Shown: positions 9,095 to 17,488, counted from the first letter of the stretch. The stretch is 32,000 bases of DNA from Candidatus Heimdallarchaeota archaeon B3_Heim (GCA_003144275.1 NJBF01000007.1:64668-96667); one strand, 5' to 3'. Numbers and translations are program-made. Notes: a model not told the origin generated them from the sequence alone.

Positions 9095-10225
9095 ATGGCT
9101 TTTTCTGAATTATTATTTACTAATTTAGGCCCACTTATATACAATCTTATTTTTCTATCGTTATGGATCCTATGGATACAGTATCATGGAGAAGAAGAGA
9201 ATGGCAGAATTCGTTCCATTTTCAGAAGTTATATAATGAATGAAAAGCTCTATTTTCTTATAACTGGATTGATAATCATCATTATCCTATATCTATTGTT
9301 CTCCTATGCAAATACGCACACAGACGTTGATGATGCCATAACTTCTGGAGTAGAAGCGTTTTTAGCTGGTCATAATCCCTACCAAGAGGACGTAGTAATT
9401 CATCATTTACCTTCAGGTATTACTTACGGTCGATATCATTATTTTCCGCCTGATTTACTCACCTATAGCGGTTTTTACATAATTAGTGGAGGAATTTTTG
9501 CTTTTCTAGGGACATATTGGTTCGTCCCCCTCCATCTCCTAATGTTGATCCCTGGTTACTGGTTCTTGACAAGGATTGTTGATTGGCCACATCATAAACT
9601 AATCCCTTTCTATATTTTACTGGTTACTCCATTCCTTTTTACGAATTCAATGTTGATGTGGTTTTTTTTCATCATTGGTTATTACTACTACGAAATAAGA
9701 AATAATCAAGATCTAGGAATGATTTTTTATGTCTTCGCAGCATCAGTGAAGTATTTAGTGGGATTTATTATTGTCTTTTATTTCTTTCAATCAATCCAAA
9801 CAATTGTGAGGGAGAAAAATAGAATTCAGCTTCGTTCTTTTATTATTAAAGAGATGAGACCTTACTTAATAGGGGGTTTGGCATTGGCAGTCATTTCTCT
9901 TCCATTTAATCTTATAGACGTAATTGTTTCTGTATTTCTTTATCAAGGAGATTTAGCTGCAAGGGGTGAAGTGGCTCAATTGGTTGGTCCTCTTCTCATC
10001 GAAATTTTAAAAATACTACGCCTTGAAAGTCTTTACATCCTGAGCGTTATTTTTATCATTATTCTATCCTTATTCCTGCTTAGAAGTCATACTACTTATG
10101 AAAAAATTATTCATATTTCCTTTATGTCAATGTTTATACTCCCTTTCTATGGAACAGAGTTATTTATTACTCTCCCTTTCTATTGGTGGTTTAAAGAGGG
10201 ATTACGTTCATATTCCAAAGAATAA
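9095..10225 (+). CDS. GT-C superfamily membrane glycosyltransferase (GT87/DUF2029-like)
   Basis: Polytopic protein with external loop TDVDDAITSGVEAFLAGHNPY...YHYFPP (D...G.NPY...Y.YPP pattern) and ASVKY. Start 9095 preferred over 9086 from alignment to the 7202 copy and promoter spacing. Confidence 0.7.
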   Translation: MAFSELLFTNLGPLIYNLIFLSLWILWIQYHGEEENGRIRSIFRSYIMNEKLYFLITGLIIIIILYLLFSYANTHTDVDDAITSGVEAFLAGHNPYQEDVVIHHLPSGITYGRYHYFPPDLLTYSGFYIISGGIFAFLGTYWFVPLHLLMLIPGYWFLTRIVDWPHHKLIPFYILLVTPFLFTNSMLMWFFFIIGYYYYEIRNNQDLGMIFYVFAASVKYLVGFIIVFYFFQSIQTIVREKNRIQLRSFIIKEMRPYLIGGLALAVISLPFNLIDVIVSVFLYQGDLAARGEVAQLVGPLLIEILKILRLESLYILSVIFIIILSLFLLRSHTTYEKIIHISFMSMFILPFYGTELFITLPFYWWFKEGLRSYSKE

Positions 10226-10290
10226 AATAGAATAAGATAGGAAAAATTACTTTTTCCTCCTCTCCCAAGTTAGATACTTTTCTATTCATT

Positions 10291-10533
10291 TTATCGTGGT
10301 TTGTCTGCTATCGTTGTAATCAATGAGATACTTCGAACAGAAAACCGTTCATCGACGTATAAAATCCGAACGTGCTTTTTTTCTGGATGATCAAGCCCAT
10401 GAACATCTACAACTTGGCATACACCAGAAATAGAAGATTTGTAATCATTTTTATTCATTTTCAATGGAATGGCTGTCTTACAAATTGTGCATGGTTCACA
10501 ATTTAGGGTAACTATATCGCCTTTGGTAGTCAT
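10291..10533 (-). CDS. Small putative metal-binding protein (80 aa)
   Basis: CEPCTIC, DVHG and HVRILYVDERFSVRS; GAGGCG upstream of the ATG. I recall this pattern from Asgard hypothetical proteins but could not verify it. Confidence 0.65.
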   Translation of the reverse strand: MTTKGDIVTLNCEPCTICKTAIPLKMNKNDYKSSISGVCQVVDVHGLDHPEKKHVRILYVDERFSVRSISLITTIADKPR

Positions 10534-10971
10534 CGTCTGATTCGCCTCGAAGCTCTTGTGAAAGAAATAACCTCAAAGCCCTCTCTTAAACCTTTGTAAA
10601 TTTAAATTATCATTCATACCTTATACGTTTACGGACGGAGAGGTATACAAATTTGACGCTTCTGTAACACCCATTCTACTAAGCCTAAAAGTGAATTATT
10701 TTTCGTAAAGTTTCATATTCTCTATTGTATATGATAGACACTTAACGGTTTTTATCACTTGATTATATCAGTAAATAAGAATCTTTCACTGATATGTTCA
10801 GCTACGCATTAATATATCAAGGAATACAAATTTTTACTGTGTTTTACGGATATTTATTACCTCTCCAGACAATAAATGCCGCTTTAAGGAAAGAGGGCTC
10901 TTTACTTTAGAAAGTTTTAAATGGGGGGAGAGTTTTTATTTTTCTATACTAGAGAATGAGGGCTTTATAGT

Positions 10972-11283
10972 ATGAGTTCAGAAGAACATGTTGTAGATAC
11001 TCCTTGGGGAAAACTCGTAACTGCTAAGGGCCTAGAGATTCTGATGTCTAGCTTCTCCAATGACATCAATCGATTATACAGTGCCATTACGAAATTAGAT
11101 GAAAGGTTAAATAAACTCGAAATGTCTATTTCGTCATCCCAAGGAGAAAGTATAGATCCATTAATTGGTTCTAGTTTATCATCATTAGAACAGAAGATTG
11201 AAGAGCTGAAAGAAGAGCAATCTCGTTTTGCACTTCATATGAAACAAACCTTGGAGCTATTCTATTCAAAGTTAGAAGAATAA
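10972..11283 (+). CDS. Small coiled-coil hypothetical protein
   Basis: Two heptad segments (INRLYSAITKLDERLNKLE; LSSLEQKIEELKEEQ) separated by a Ser/Gly-rich linker; GAGGG upstream. Confidence 0.7.
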   Translation: MSSEEHVVDTPWGKLVTAKGLEILMSSFSNDINRLYSAITKLDERLNKLEMSISSSQGESIDPLIGSSLSSLEQKIEELKEEQSRFALHMKQTLELFYSKLEE

Positions 11284-11294
11284 GAGAATTCCTG

Positions 11295-12860
11295 CTAAGA
11301 TTTTTTCTTTGAACTTTTCCTGAAAAAGCCATCTAATGTCGTATGCTGTTGTTTTTTCTGTGTATTATTAAGTAACTCAGGTAATTCTTCTTTGAGAAAT
11401 TGTTTCATCCGTTTGTCTTTTTGTTTAATTGCCCAGTACATCCCTTCATCTCTCGTACCCTTTGTTACAAGGTGAACAACGCGTGATTTTCGTTTTCTTC
11501 CTCTCCCACGGCGTTGGATAGCCCTAACAACTGATGGCACAGAATCATAAAAAATGACTAAATCACAGTTACCTACATCTAATCCTTCTTCACCCACAGA
11601 GGTACTGAGCAAAACCTTTATTTCTCCCTTTTTGAACTGATCAATTACTTTCAACTGATCTTTTTGAGATAATCCCTTATCCGTCTTTGAACTTGAATGT
11701 CCTATAAACACTCCAGTATTAATTTGAGAATTTGTTAGTTCTTCATGAAGAAAATGCACTGTATCTCGAAAATTACTAAATATAATGATTCGGGACTCAT
11801 TTTTTGAATCGTCTCTTAATTCCGCTCTCAAATCCGAGATCATGAATCCTAGCTTGGGGTGAATAAGAGGCTTATCACCGAGTGAGGTCTCCAGCTCGTG
11901 AATGATTGGATCCTCAAGGAAAAGCCGTAAAGCTTTGGAGCTTTTCTTTTGTCGCCATTTTTTGATTGTGTTCGCAACTTGAGGAAGCCCTTGGCTTTCT
12001 ACTAATTCTTTTAGGTGTTGTACTCTAATGAGGTTTGAGCTCGAGATCAATAAGTCACCATAGGATGAATCTTGTTTAGTCTGGAATACTATCTGTTGGT
12101 GGATAGCCAACGCTTCACGTTTCCCAAGATATTTGGATTTTTTTATACTTGAGAGGCGTTCTTTAAGTGTTGCGAGAAGTTCATCTTGTAGCTCCTGTAA
12201 TTTCGTCAATAAGGATCTATACTGGTCAGGCAAGTCAATCCAAATAACTTCGGGAGTGTGTACTGAAATGAAGTCTTGGACATCGAAATCAGCGGGATTT
12301 GTAACTGAAATTTTCCCAATCCTTAGATTCTCACAAACCTCAAGAATTTTTTCTGGATTATTGCCTGGGGTTGCCGTAAATCCTATTATTTGACATTTTG
12401 CTTCTTTTGCAATGCTGACGTAAGCATAATCACCTGTAGCTCTATGAACTTCGTCAATACATAATAATTGAACATTCTTGATTTCTAATCTTCCATAAAG
12501 CAAATCATTTTCAATAGTCTGTGGTGTACCAATAATAATTTTCGCGTTAGGATATTCTTGTCCCCGTTTAGCGGGTGGAATTTCACCAGAGACTTCTAAA
12601 ATTAAATCTGTACTCAAATTTCCGATGGAATCTGAAAACATGTTTTTAATTTGATGAACAAGTGGACGAGTAGGAGTGAGTATTAGTACTTGACGACCAG
12701 GAACCTTATTGAGACTGTAAGCACTGAGATAAGCCATAATAATCGTTTTTCCAAGGCCTGTCGGAAGAACAACCATCGTGTTCTTTGGATTAGTTACACA
12801 CTCGGAAAAAATGACCTGTTGATAGATCCTAGGTTCTGTATTAGGTAGAACTAATTTCAT
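11295..12860 (-). CDS. hef: Hef/FANCM/Mph1-family SF2 helicase, helicase-only (no ERCC4 nuclease domain)
   Basis: VLPTGLGKT, PTRPLVHQ, IDEVHRATGDYAY, GFTATPG, IIFSNFRDTV, LSQKDQ, STSVGEEGLDV, FYDSVPS and TKGTRDE motifs; the protein ends at 521 aa. Confidence 0.85.
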   Translation of the reverse strand: MKLVLPNTEPRIYQQVIFSECVTNPKNTMVVLPTGLGKTIIMAYLSAYSLNKVPGRQVLILTPTRPLVHQIKNMFSDSIGNLSTDLILEVSGEIPPAKRGQEYPNAKIIIGTPQTIENDLLYGRLEIKNVQLLCIDEVHRATGDYAYVSIAKEAKCQIIGFTATPGNNPEKILEVCENLRIGKISVTNPADFDVQDFISVHTPEVIWIDLPDQYRSLLTKLQELQDELLATLKERLSSIKKSKYLGKREALAIHQQIVFQTKQDSSYGDLLISSSNLIRVQHLKELVESQGLPQVANTIKKWRQKKSSKALRLFLEDPIIHELETSLGDKPLIHPKLGFMISDLRAELRDDSKNESRIIIFSNFRDTVHFLHEELTNSQINTGVFIGHSSSKTDKGLSQKDQLKVIDQFKKGEIKVLLSTSVGEEGLDVGNCDLVIFYDSVPSVVRAIQRRGRGRKRKSRVVHLVTKGTRDEGMYWAIKQKDKRMKQFLKEELPELLNNTQKKQQHTTLDGFFRKSSKKKS

Positions 12861-12953
12861 AAGTTAAGCTCCACACTTTGCTTGCATTTATTACACCTAT
12901 CTAAGATTTCTCCATAAGAATATAGTTCATTAAGAGAGTTGAGATAACCTAAT

Positions 12954-13406
12954 TTGGCCTTGAATGGAGTCTCTTTAACTGTGTTATCTCAGAAAAAAGT
13001 AGTCCTGTTCGTGTGTACACACAATTCCGCTCGTTCTCAGCTATCAGAAGCAATTCTTGAACAAAAATTTGGAGATCACTTTCAAACATTCAGCGCAGGG
13101 ACAAAACCCACGACAATTAATCCTTACGTAAAACAAGTTTTAACGGAAATGGGAATAAATACCTCCAACCTTAAAGCGAAGCATGTTAACGAATTTTTAG
13201 GTCAAGAAATAGACATAATTGTAACAGTTTGTGATTCAGCTAAAGAATCTTGCCCTTATTTCCTTGGTGCAAAACGTTATGAGCATAAAAGCTTCAAAGA
13301 TCCTAGTAATTTTACAGGAACGAATGATGAAAGGCTTAAAGCAGTGAAACGACTTAGAGACGAGATTTCTGAATGGATCGAAGAGGTATTCACTCCCAAG
13401 TCTTGA
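12954..13406 (+). CDS. arsC: Arsenate reductase, thioredoxin-dependent (LMW-PTP fold)
   Basis: P-loop VLFVCTHNSARSQ (CX5R), SAGT, VTVCDSAKESCP (redox Cys pair) and DP motif. The true start may be a few codons downstream. Confidence 0.88.
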   Translation: MALNGVSLTVLSQKKVVLFVCTHNSARSQLSEAILEQKFGDHFQTFSAGTKPTTINPYVKQVLTEMGINTSNLKAKHVNEFLGQEIDIIVTVCDSAKESCPYFLGAKRYEHKSFKDPSNFTGTNDERLKAVKRLRDEISEWIEEVFTPKS

Positions 13407-13528
13407 ATGCCTTGAATTGAGTAAATTCAGCTTTTCTATTTGAAATAATTGACATAATTTTTTAAATAGAAGATATCTTAGGGTTGCATAATTTATTAGA
13501 GACTTGAAAATATTATTCTCTTATACAA

Positions 13529-13535
13529 GAGGTGA
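13529..13535 (+). promoter_or_regulatory. Shine-Dalgarno site GAGGTGA
   Basis: Archaeal SD consensus 6 nt upstream of the ATG at 13542. Confidence 0.7.
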
Positions 13536-13541
13536 ATACGA

Positions 13542-14372
13542 ATGTCTGAACAAGAAGTTACACAAGAAAAATCACAAGCTTTACCGGAAAAAGAAAGGAA
13601 GATAATTGTTGATCTTTGGAAAACGAAGATGCATGGGGAAATTATCGGGATTAAACAGAAAGAAGAGCATATGGCTAAGTCAAGACAATTTAACCGAGAT
13701 TTAGAACTATTTGGAGAGGTTAGAGAGGTTAAAAAGGGAGAAGAAGAAACAGTTGGATATTTGGGCTATCGAAAAGGTCTTTGGGATGATGAGAAAGATA
13801 AACTAAATCGTAGATTGGTCATAAAGCTGTTTTCAAAGAGTATGTATTACCAAGGAACCATAGAAGAAATGATTGCCCGTGAATTTACACGCTCTTTAAC
13901 CTCACGAAGAGACTTTCCAAATTTTTACACGTTAATTGATGGTCATGATTATGTTCTATCTGTTAGCAAGATACGAGGCGGCCTATTCGTTCCTGAATGG
14001 TTTTCTTTCCGAGCACATTTTGATAAAGACAAGAAATTTTACCCAATCATTCTCAAACATAAAATGGGTCCGGGAATTGATTATCGAATAGTACACGGAA
14101 TTGGCGATAAAGAAATTGGTTTAATTAACGGGAAGAAATTTGACGTGGGTGGACGTTACGATATTGATATAAAATCATCCGATCCTAATCTGCTGTCCAA
14201 TGTAGTAGTGAGAACATTAATCCTCTTTGCCGCAACTCTTAAGTTTCATAAATCTATACACAAAAAGATCAAAAAGGGTACAAATTTAATGAAAAAAGGG
14301 AAGTGGACACCAGATCTCGTCAACGAAGAGCTCCTTCTTCATCGTAATCCGAGAGCTATATTGCGAAAATAA
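13542..14372 (+). CDS. Hypothetical beta-rich protein, possibly LURP-one/scramblase/tubby-like
   Basis: Strong GAGGTGA Shine-Dalgarno; many alternating beta-strands followed by one hydrophobic helix (VVVRTLILFAATL). The fold call is tentative. Confidence 0.75.
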   Translation: MSEQEVTQEKSQALPEKERKIIVDLWKTKMHGEIIGIKQKEEHMAKSRQFNRDLELFGEVREVKKGEEETVGYLGYRKGLWDDEKDKLNRRLVIKLFSKSMYYQGTIEEMIAREFTRSLTSRRDFPNFYTLIDGHDYVLSVSKIRGGLFVPEWFSFRAHFDKDKKFYPIILKHKMGPGIDYRIVHGIGDKEIGLINGKKFDVGGRYDIDIKSSDPNLLSNVVVRTLILFAATLKFHKSIHKKIKKGTNLMKKGKWTPDLVNEELLLHRNPRAILRK

Positions 14373-14382
14373 CTCTCCCTCC

Positions 14383-14390
14383 TTTTTTTT
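14383..14390 (+). terminator. T8 terminator candidate
   Basis: Pyrimidine tract with eight T's starting 10 nt after the stop of 13542-14372. Confidence 0.5.
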
Positions 14391-14435
14391 CCCTCTACAA
14401 GAAGTATTGTGAAAGCAGTTTATTCCTAGCCAGAA

Positions 14436-14585
14436 CTAGTTCTCCTCAAACGGAAAACTCTCTTCTAAAACATCGTTTAATGACCAATTGCGAAGAATTG
14501 ATCCAATTTGATTAGATATGTACTTTTTCCCGTAATTTAGTGCCGTCTTAACTAAGTCAGGCATTATATTAACATCAGTTTCCAA
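14436..14585 (-). CDS. Possible small protein (42 aa from ATG 14564, or 49 aa from TTG 14585)
   Basis: Minus-strand frame stop-free for about 86 codons; MPDLVKTALNYGKKYISNQIGSILRNWSLNDVLEESFPFEEN. No recognisable family. Confidence 0.35.
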   Translation of the reverse strand: METDVNIMPDLVKTALNYGKKYISNQIGSILRNWSLNDVLEESFPFEEN

Positions 14586-15216
14586 AAGTATCCCCTTTAC
14601 AAACTTTAAACTAATTGTTCCTATTAAAGAAATCGATGTCGGTATTGTATAACAAGAGTCTACTGAATTTTTCGTGTTAAAGCAACAAAAATGGTATTAA
14701 TTATTAACTTAAAGCTTCAAAAAAGCAAGAATTTCCTTAAAAGGATATGGAGCTCTAATTATATTTAGAAAATATTAGTTTAATCTGAATACAGCAATTT
14801 ATATGACCATAATCGTGAAAGTTACCAAATTGTGAAACTGGATTTGCTAAAAAATTAACTATGATAATTAGTTCGATAAGGAGTATTATCAAAAATTATT
14901 CCTTTGTATCGGATTCATGACATAGTTTTTAACTTTCAATTGGTTAAAAAAACGAAAAATGTGACTCAAACTGGTCGAATGCTTTATTTCTTAACGAATA
15001 ATATCGCGATTATATTGACAAAACTTTAAATCGAATAGCTCGAATTAGTTCGAACTGTCTATAATCCTTCTCAGTTTCCCCTACTGTAATTAGATGATGC
15101 TTTAAAATCTATGTTAGAGGGATAATCTGGAAGTACAGAAAGATTATGTCAGGATTTTACAATCAAAAGAAATGAAAAACTATCTATTGTTTCATGAAAC
15201 CTAGAGGAATTTTGAT

Positions 15217-16551
15217 ATGGCTGATGTGACCGACAAAATTAAAGAAGCTTTACAAGCTGGGAGATCGGGCCAAGTCAGTCGAAAAACCCCATATGAGCGA
15301 TTTGGATTCCAACAGAATCCTTTTCAGCTGAAATCTACTCATAGTATTGAAGAATCATTAATTATGCGTGAAGATGTATTAATTAACTTTGCCACACAAA
15401 TTGGCTATGCTATTCGATTGTTTGAAGAGGATTCTTCTTCACCATTCCGTCATCAACTTACCCATGGCATACATGGTAGTGGCAAAACCACTGTAGCACA
15501 GCATTTTACTGAAGAATGGGAAAAATTCGGTTTTAATGATTATGAAACGATATTTACCAGTTTAAAGAACTGGCGGGAACCTCAACAAGATCGTGGGTTA
15601 TATAGTGCCTCATCAAAAACTCTACAGACATATGAACGATTTCTTAATGAGATACTTCGTGCGACAAAACCACTTATAGTCTTCGTTGACGATTTTGACT
15701 ATACTGTTACAGGTACATCCGCTATTCCACGTTGTTCAGAATTTTTTGGTGATATCATATCTAGAGCCCCCTTCGGTGCAATTATTATCGCATTAGTTAG
15801 TAGTCTTACACTTATTGTTTTATCTGAAACTGAGAATACTAACCTATCTAGATCTTTCTATTCAAATTTCAATCCTGATCATTTCTTTTTCCCAGTATTT
15901 TCAAAAACAGAGGTTCGTCAATTGCTTACCAAGCGCCTACGGGACGTTCGTAAACCCATTGACCTTTTCTCTGTGAAATCTTTGGAAGTAATAGCTGATC
16001 ATAGTATGGGCCTTCCTACTATTGCATTGAAGATTGCGTCTGCATGCTTACATGAATTAATTACACAAAACATTGAAAGAGTTACCTCATCCTTAGTTAA
16101 GAATGTTATTAAGCAAGCAGGTTTTCGAAATGCTGTATCATTAATAGAATCTTTAGATCGTGATGAGGGAGATGAATCTGTCAATATTTTCACCCCAAAA
16201 AGACGTGATATAGTCATTTCTATCCTTCAACATCAAACACGTGAGAGGTTCTTTTTCCCACCGACTGGTGTTGATGGTCTAACGATATCAAACCTTGCCC
16301 AACAATTTGGTGTTAACTTATCAACTATGAATTATCACATTAAACCTCTAACACAAACCCTGCCAATCCCCATTCTTGAAAGTCAGGATGATGTTCATGA
16401 TGCTAGATCGAAAATTCTCAAAGTAGATATGAAAACACCCATTGCCAGCGCCCTTGAAATTTTGGCAGTCTACCATAGACTTCAACCCGAACGCTATCAT
16501 GTCAGTACACATTCGATACAAGTAGGACATAGGGAGGATGAAAAAACTTGA
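15217..16551 (+). CDS. AAA+ ATPase with C-terminal winged helix, divergent Orc1/Cdc6-like
   Basis: Walker A HGIHGSGKTT, Walker B LIVFVDDFD, Cdc6-like FPVFSKTEVRQLLTKR, helical lid MGLPTIAL and wHTH LTISNLAQQFGVNLSTMNYHIKPL. Confidence 0.7.
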   Translation: MADVTDKIKEALQAGRSGQVSRKTPYERFGFQQNPFQLKSTHSIEESLIMREDVLINFATQIGYAIRLFEEDSSSPFRHQLTHGIHGSGKTTVAQHFTEEWEKFGFNDYETIFTSLKNWREPQQDRGLYSASSKTLQTYERFLNEILRATKPLIVFVDDFDYTVTGTSAIPRCSEFFGDIISRAPFGAIIIALVSSLTLIVLSETENTNLSRSFYSNFNPDHFFFPVFSKTEVRQLLTKRLRDVRKPIDLFSVKSLEVIADHSMGLPTIALKIASACLHELITQNIERVTSSLVKNVIKQAGFRNAVSLIESLDRDEGDESVNIFTPKRRDIVISILQHQTRERFFFPPTGVDGLTISNLAQQFGVNLSTMNYHIKPLTQTLPIPILESQDDVHDARSKILKVDMKTPIASALEILAVYHRLQPERYHVSTHSIQVGHREDEKT

Positions 16552-16623
16552 ATACACCCCTTAGTGAAATTTTACAATATTTAATAACAAAAAAATCTCT
16601 GATAGAGAGTCCATTAAAATTAG

Positions 16624-17055
16624 ATGAAGGAATTAACCGTGCCAAGTAATCTAGAACTTTTACCTCTTAAAGACCTTACCACTGAATATTGTCGATTGCG
16701 TGGTCTAACTATCGATCAGAACACCTCACGGGCTAGTAATCGTCGTTGGGATTTTGTCATTCAAAATGGTGGCGATAAGGAAGGTATAGGAATTACAATA
16801 AAGGACTGGAGACGTGCAGTAGGTGTGGATATAATCATTCGTGCCGAACAATTAATGAAAGCCAGTCGCTTTGTTTCAAAAGTCTTACTCGTTTCCAATC
16901 ATTTTTCTGACCCCGCACGTTCTTTAGCGGAAAAAATTGGTATTTTTCTATTAACCAAGAATGATCTCATTGAGATTATATCAACATCGAATTCCCCTCA
17001 AGAGGAACCGTGGGCGGATCATTCAGACAATCATGAGAATATTGTCCTCCAATGA
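16624..17055 (+). CDS. Mrr-like PD-(D/E)xK restriction-endonuclease-fold protein
   Basis: WDFVI...GITIKDWRRAVGVDII...VLLVSNHFSDPARSLAEKIGIFLL follows the Mrr_cat pattern; the (E/Q)xK position reads TIK. Confidence 0.7.
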   Translation: MKELTVPSNLELLPLKDLTTEYCRLRGLTIDQNTSRASNRRWDFVIQNGGDKEGIGITIKDWRRAVGVDIIIRAEQLMKASRFVSKVLLVSNHFSDPARSLAEKIGIFLLTKNDLIEIISTSNSPQEEPWADHSDNHENIVLQ

Positions 17056-17062
17056 CTTTTAT

Positions 17063-17488
17063 TTACCTTTGAGAATCTATGGCAAATGTTAGGAATACCA
17101 ACGTAGGAATGGTCTTCTGTACTCGTTGGTAGTGGTAGACAAAATAATCATGCCGGGGAGTAAATATATCTAGTAAGAGCGGGGAAGTAGTGGTCAAGTC
17201 GAGAATTTTTTCAACTATCCACTTTTCTAGCTGCGCACCAAGAAGAATATAAAGCTGTTTTCGCTTCTGAAAAATTAATGGTAAATATAATTCTCCCCAA
17301 AGTGATGAGGGAAGAATTTCACACAGATAATCCAAGTCTATTCGATTAACTTCTGATATCTGATTATTTCTGATAGTAAAAGTCGGAGTTTCTAGTAGCG
17401 ATTCTAAAGACATCTTTTTACGGGGGAGAGAGCCATAGATTTTCTCTTTTTCAGCTTTCCACAAGCCATTAATTAGTCTCTTCGACAT
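17063..17488 (-). CDS. DUF61 (UPF0216)-family protein
   Basis: SLESLLETP.F..RN, LDYLCEILP...LYLPLIF and YILLGAQLEKWIVEKIL match the family as I recall it. Confidence 0.65.
   Translation of the reverse strand: MSKRLINGLWKAEKEKIYGSLPRKKMSLESLLETPTFTIRNNQISEVNRIDLDYLCEILPSSLWGELYLPLIFQKRKQLYILLGAQLEKWIVEKILDLTTTSPLLLDIFTPRHDYFVYHYQRVQKTIPTLVFLTFAIDSQR

Larger units (their letters stand above)
7421..9316. mobile_element. Putative homing-endonuclease cassette (LAGLIDADG gene + AbrB-like gene + promoter + replacement 5' end of the target gene)
   Basis: Bounded by the two positions at which the duplicated N-terminal coding segments both end in Ala-Asn-Thr (gctaatacc and gcaaatacg). Boundaries are inferred from protein homology only. 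Confidence 0.5.

Noticed and set aside
8845-9144. 99-aa minus-strand ORF
   Set aside because: Antisense to the AbrB-like gene and the GT-C start, both better supported.
10575-10966. 9-bp inverted repeat AAAGCCCTC/GAGGGCTTT flanking the divergent intergenic region (MITE-like?)
   Set aside because: A 9-bp match is plausible by chance in 400 bp, one arm doubles as a ribosome-binding site, and no target-site duplication was seen.
14700-15216. Canonical ORB origin boxes
   Set aside because: No match to TCCAGTGGAAAC plus G-string beyond short partial words; not reported as a feature.
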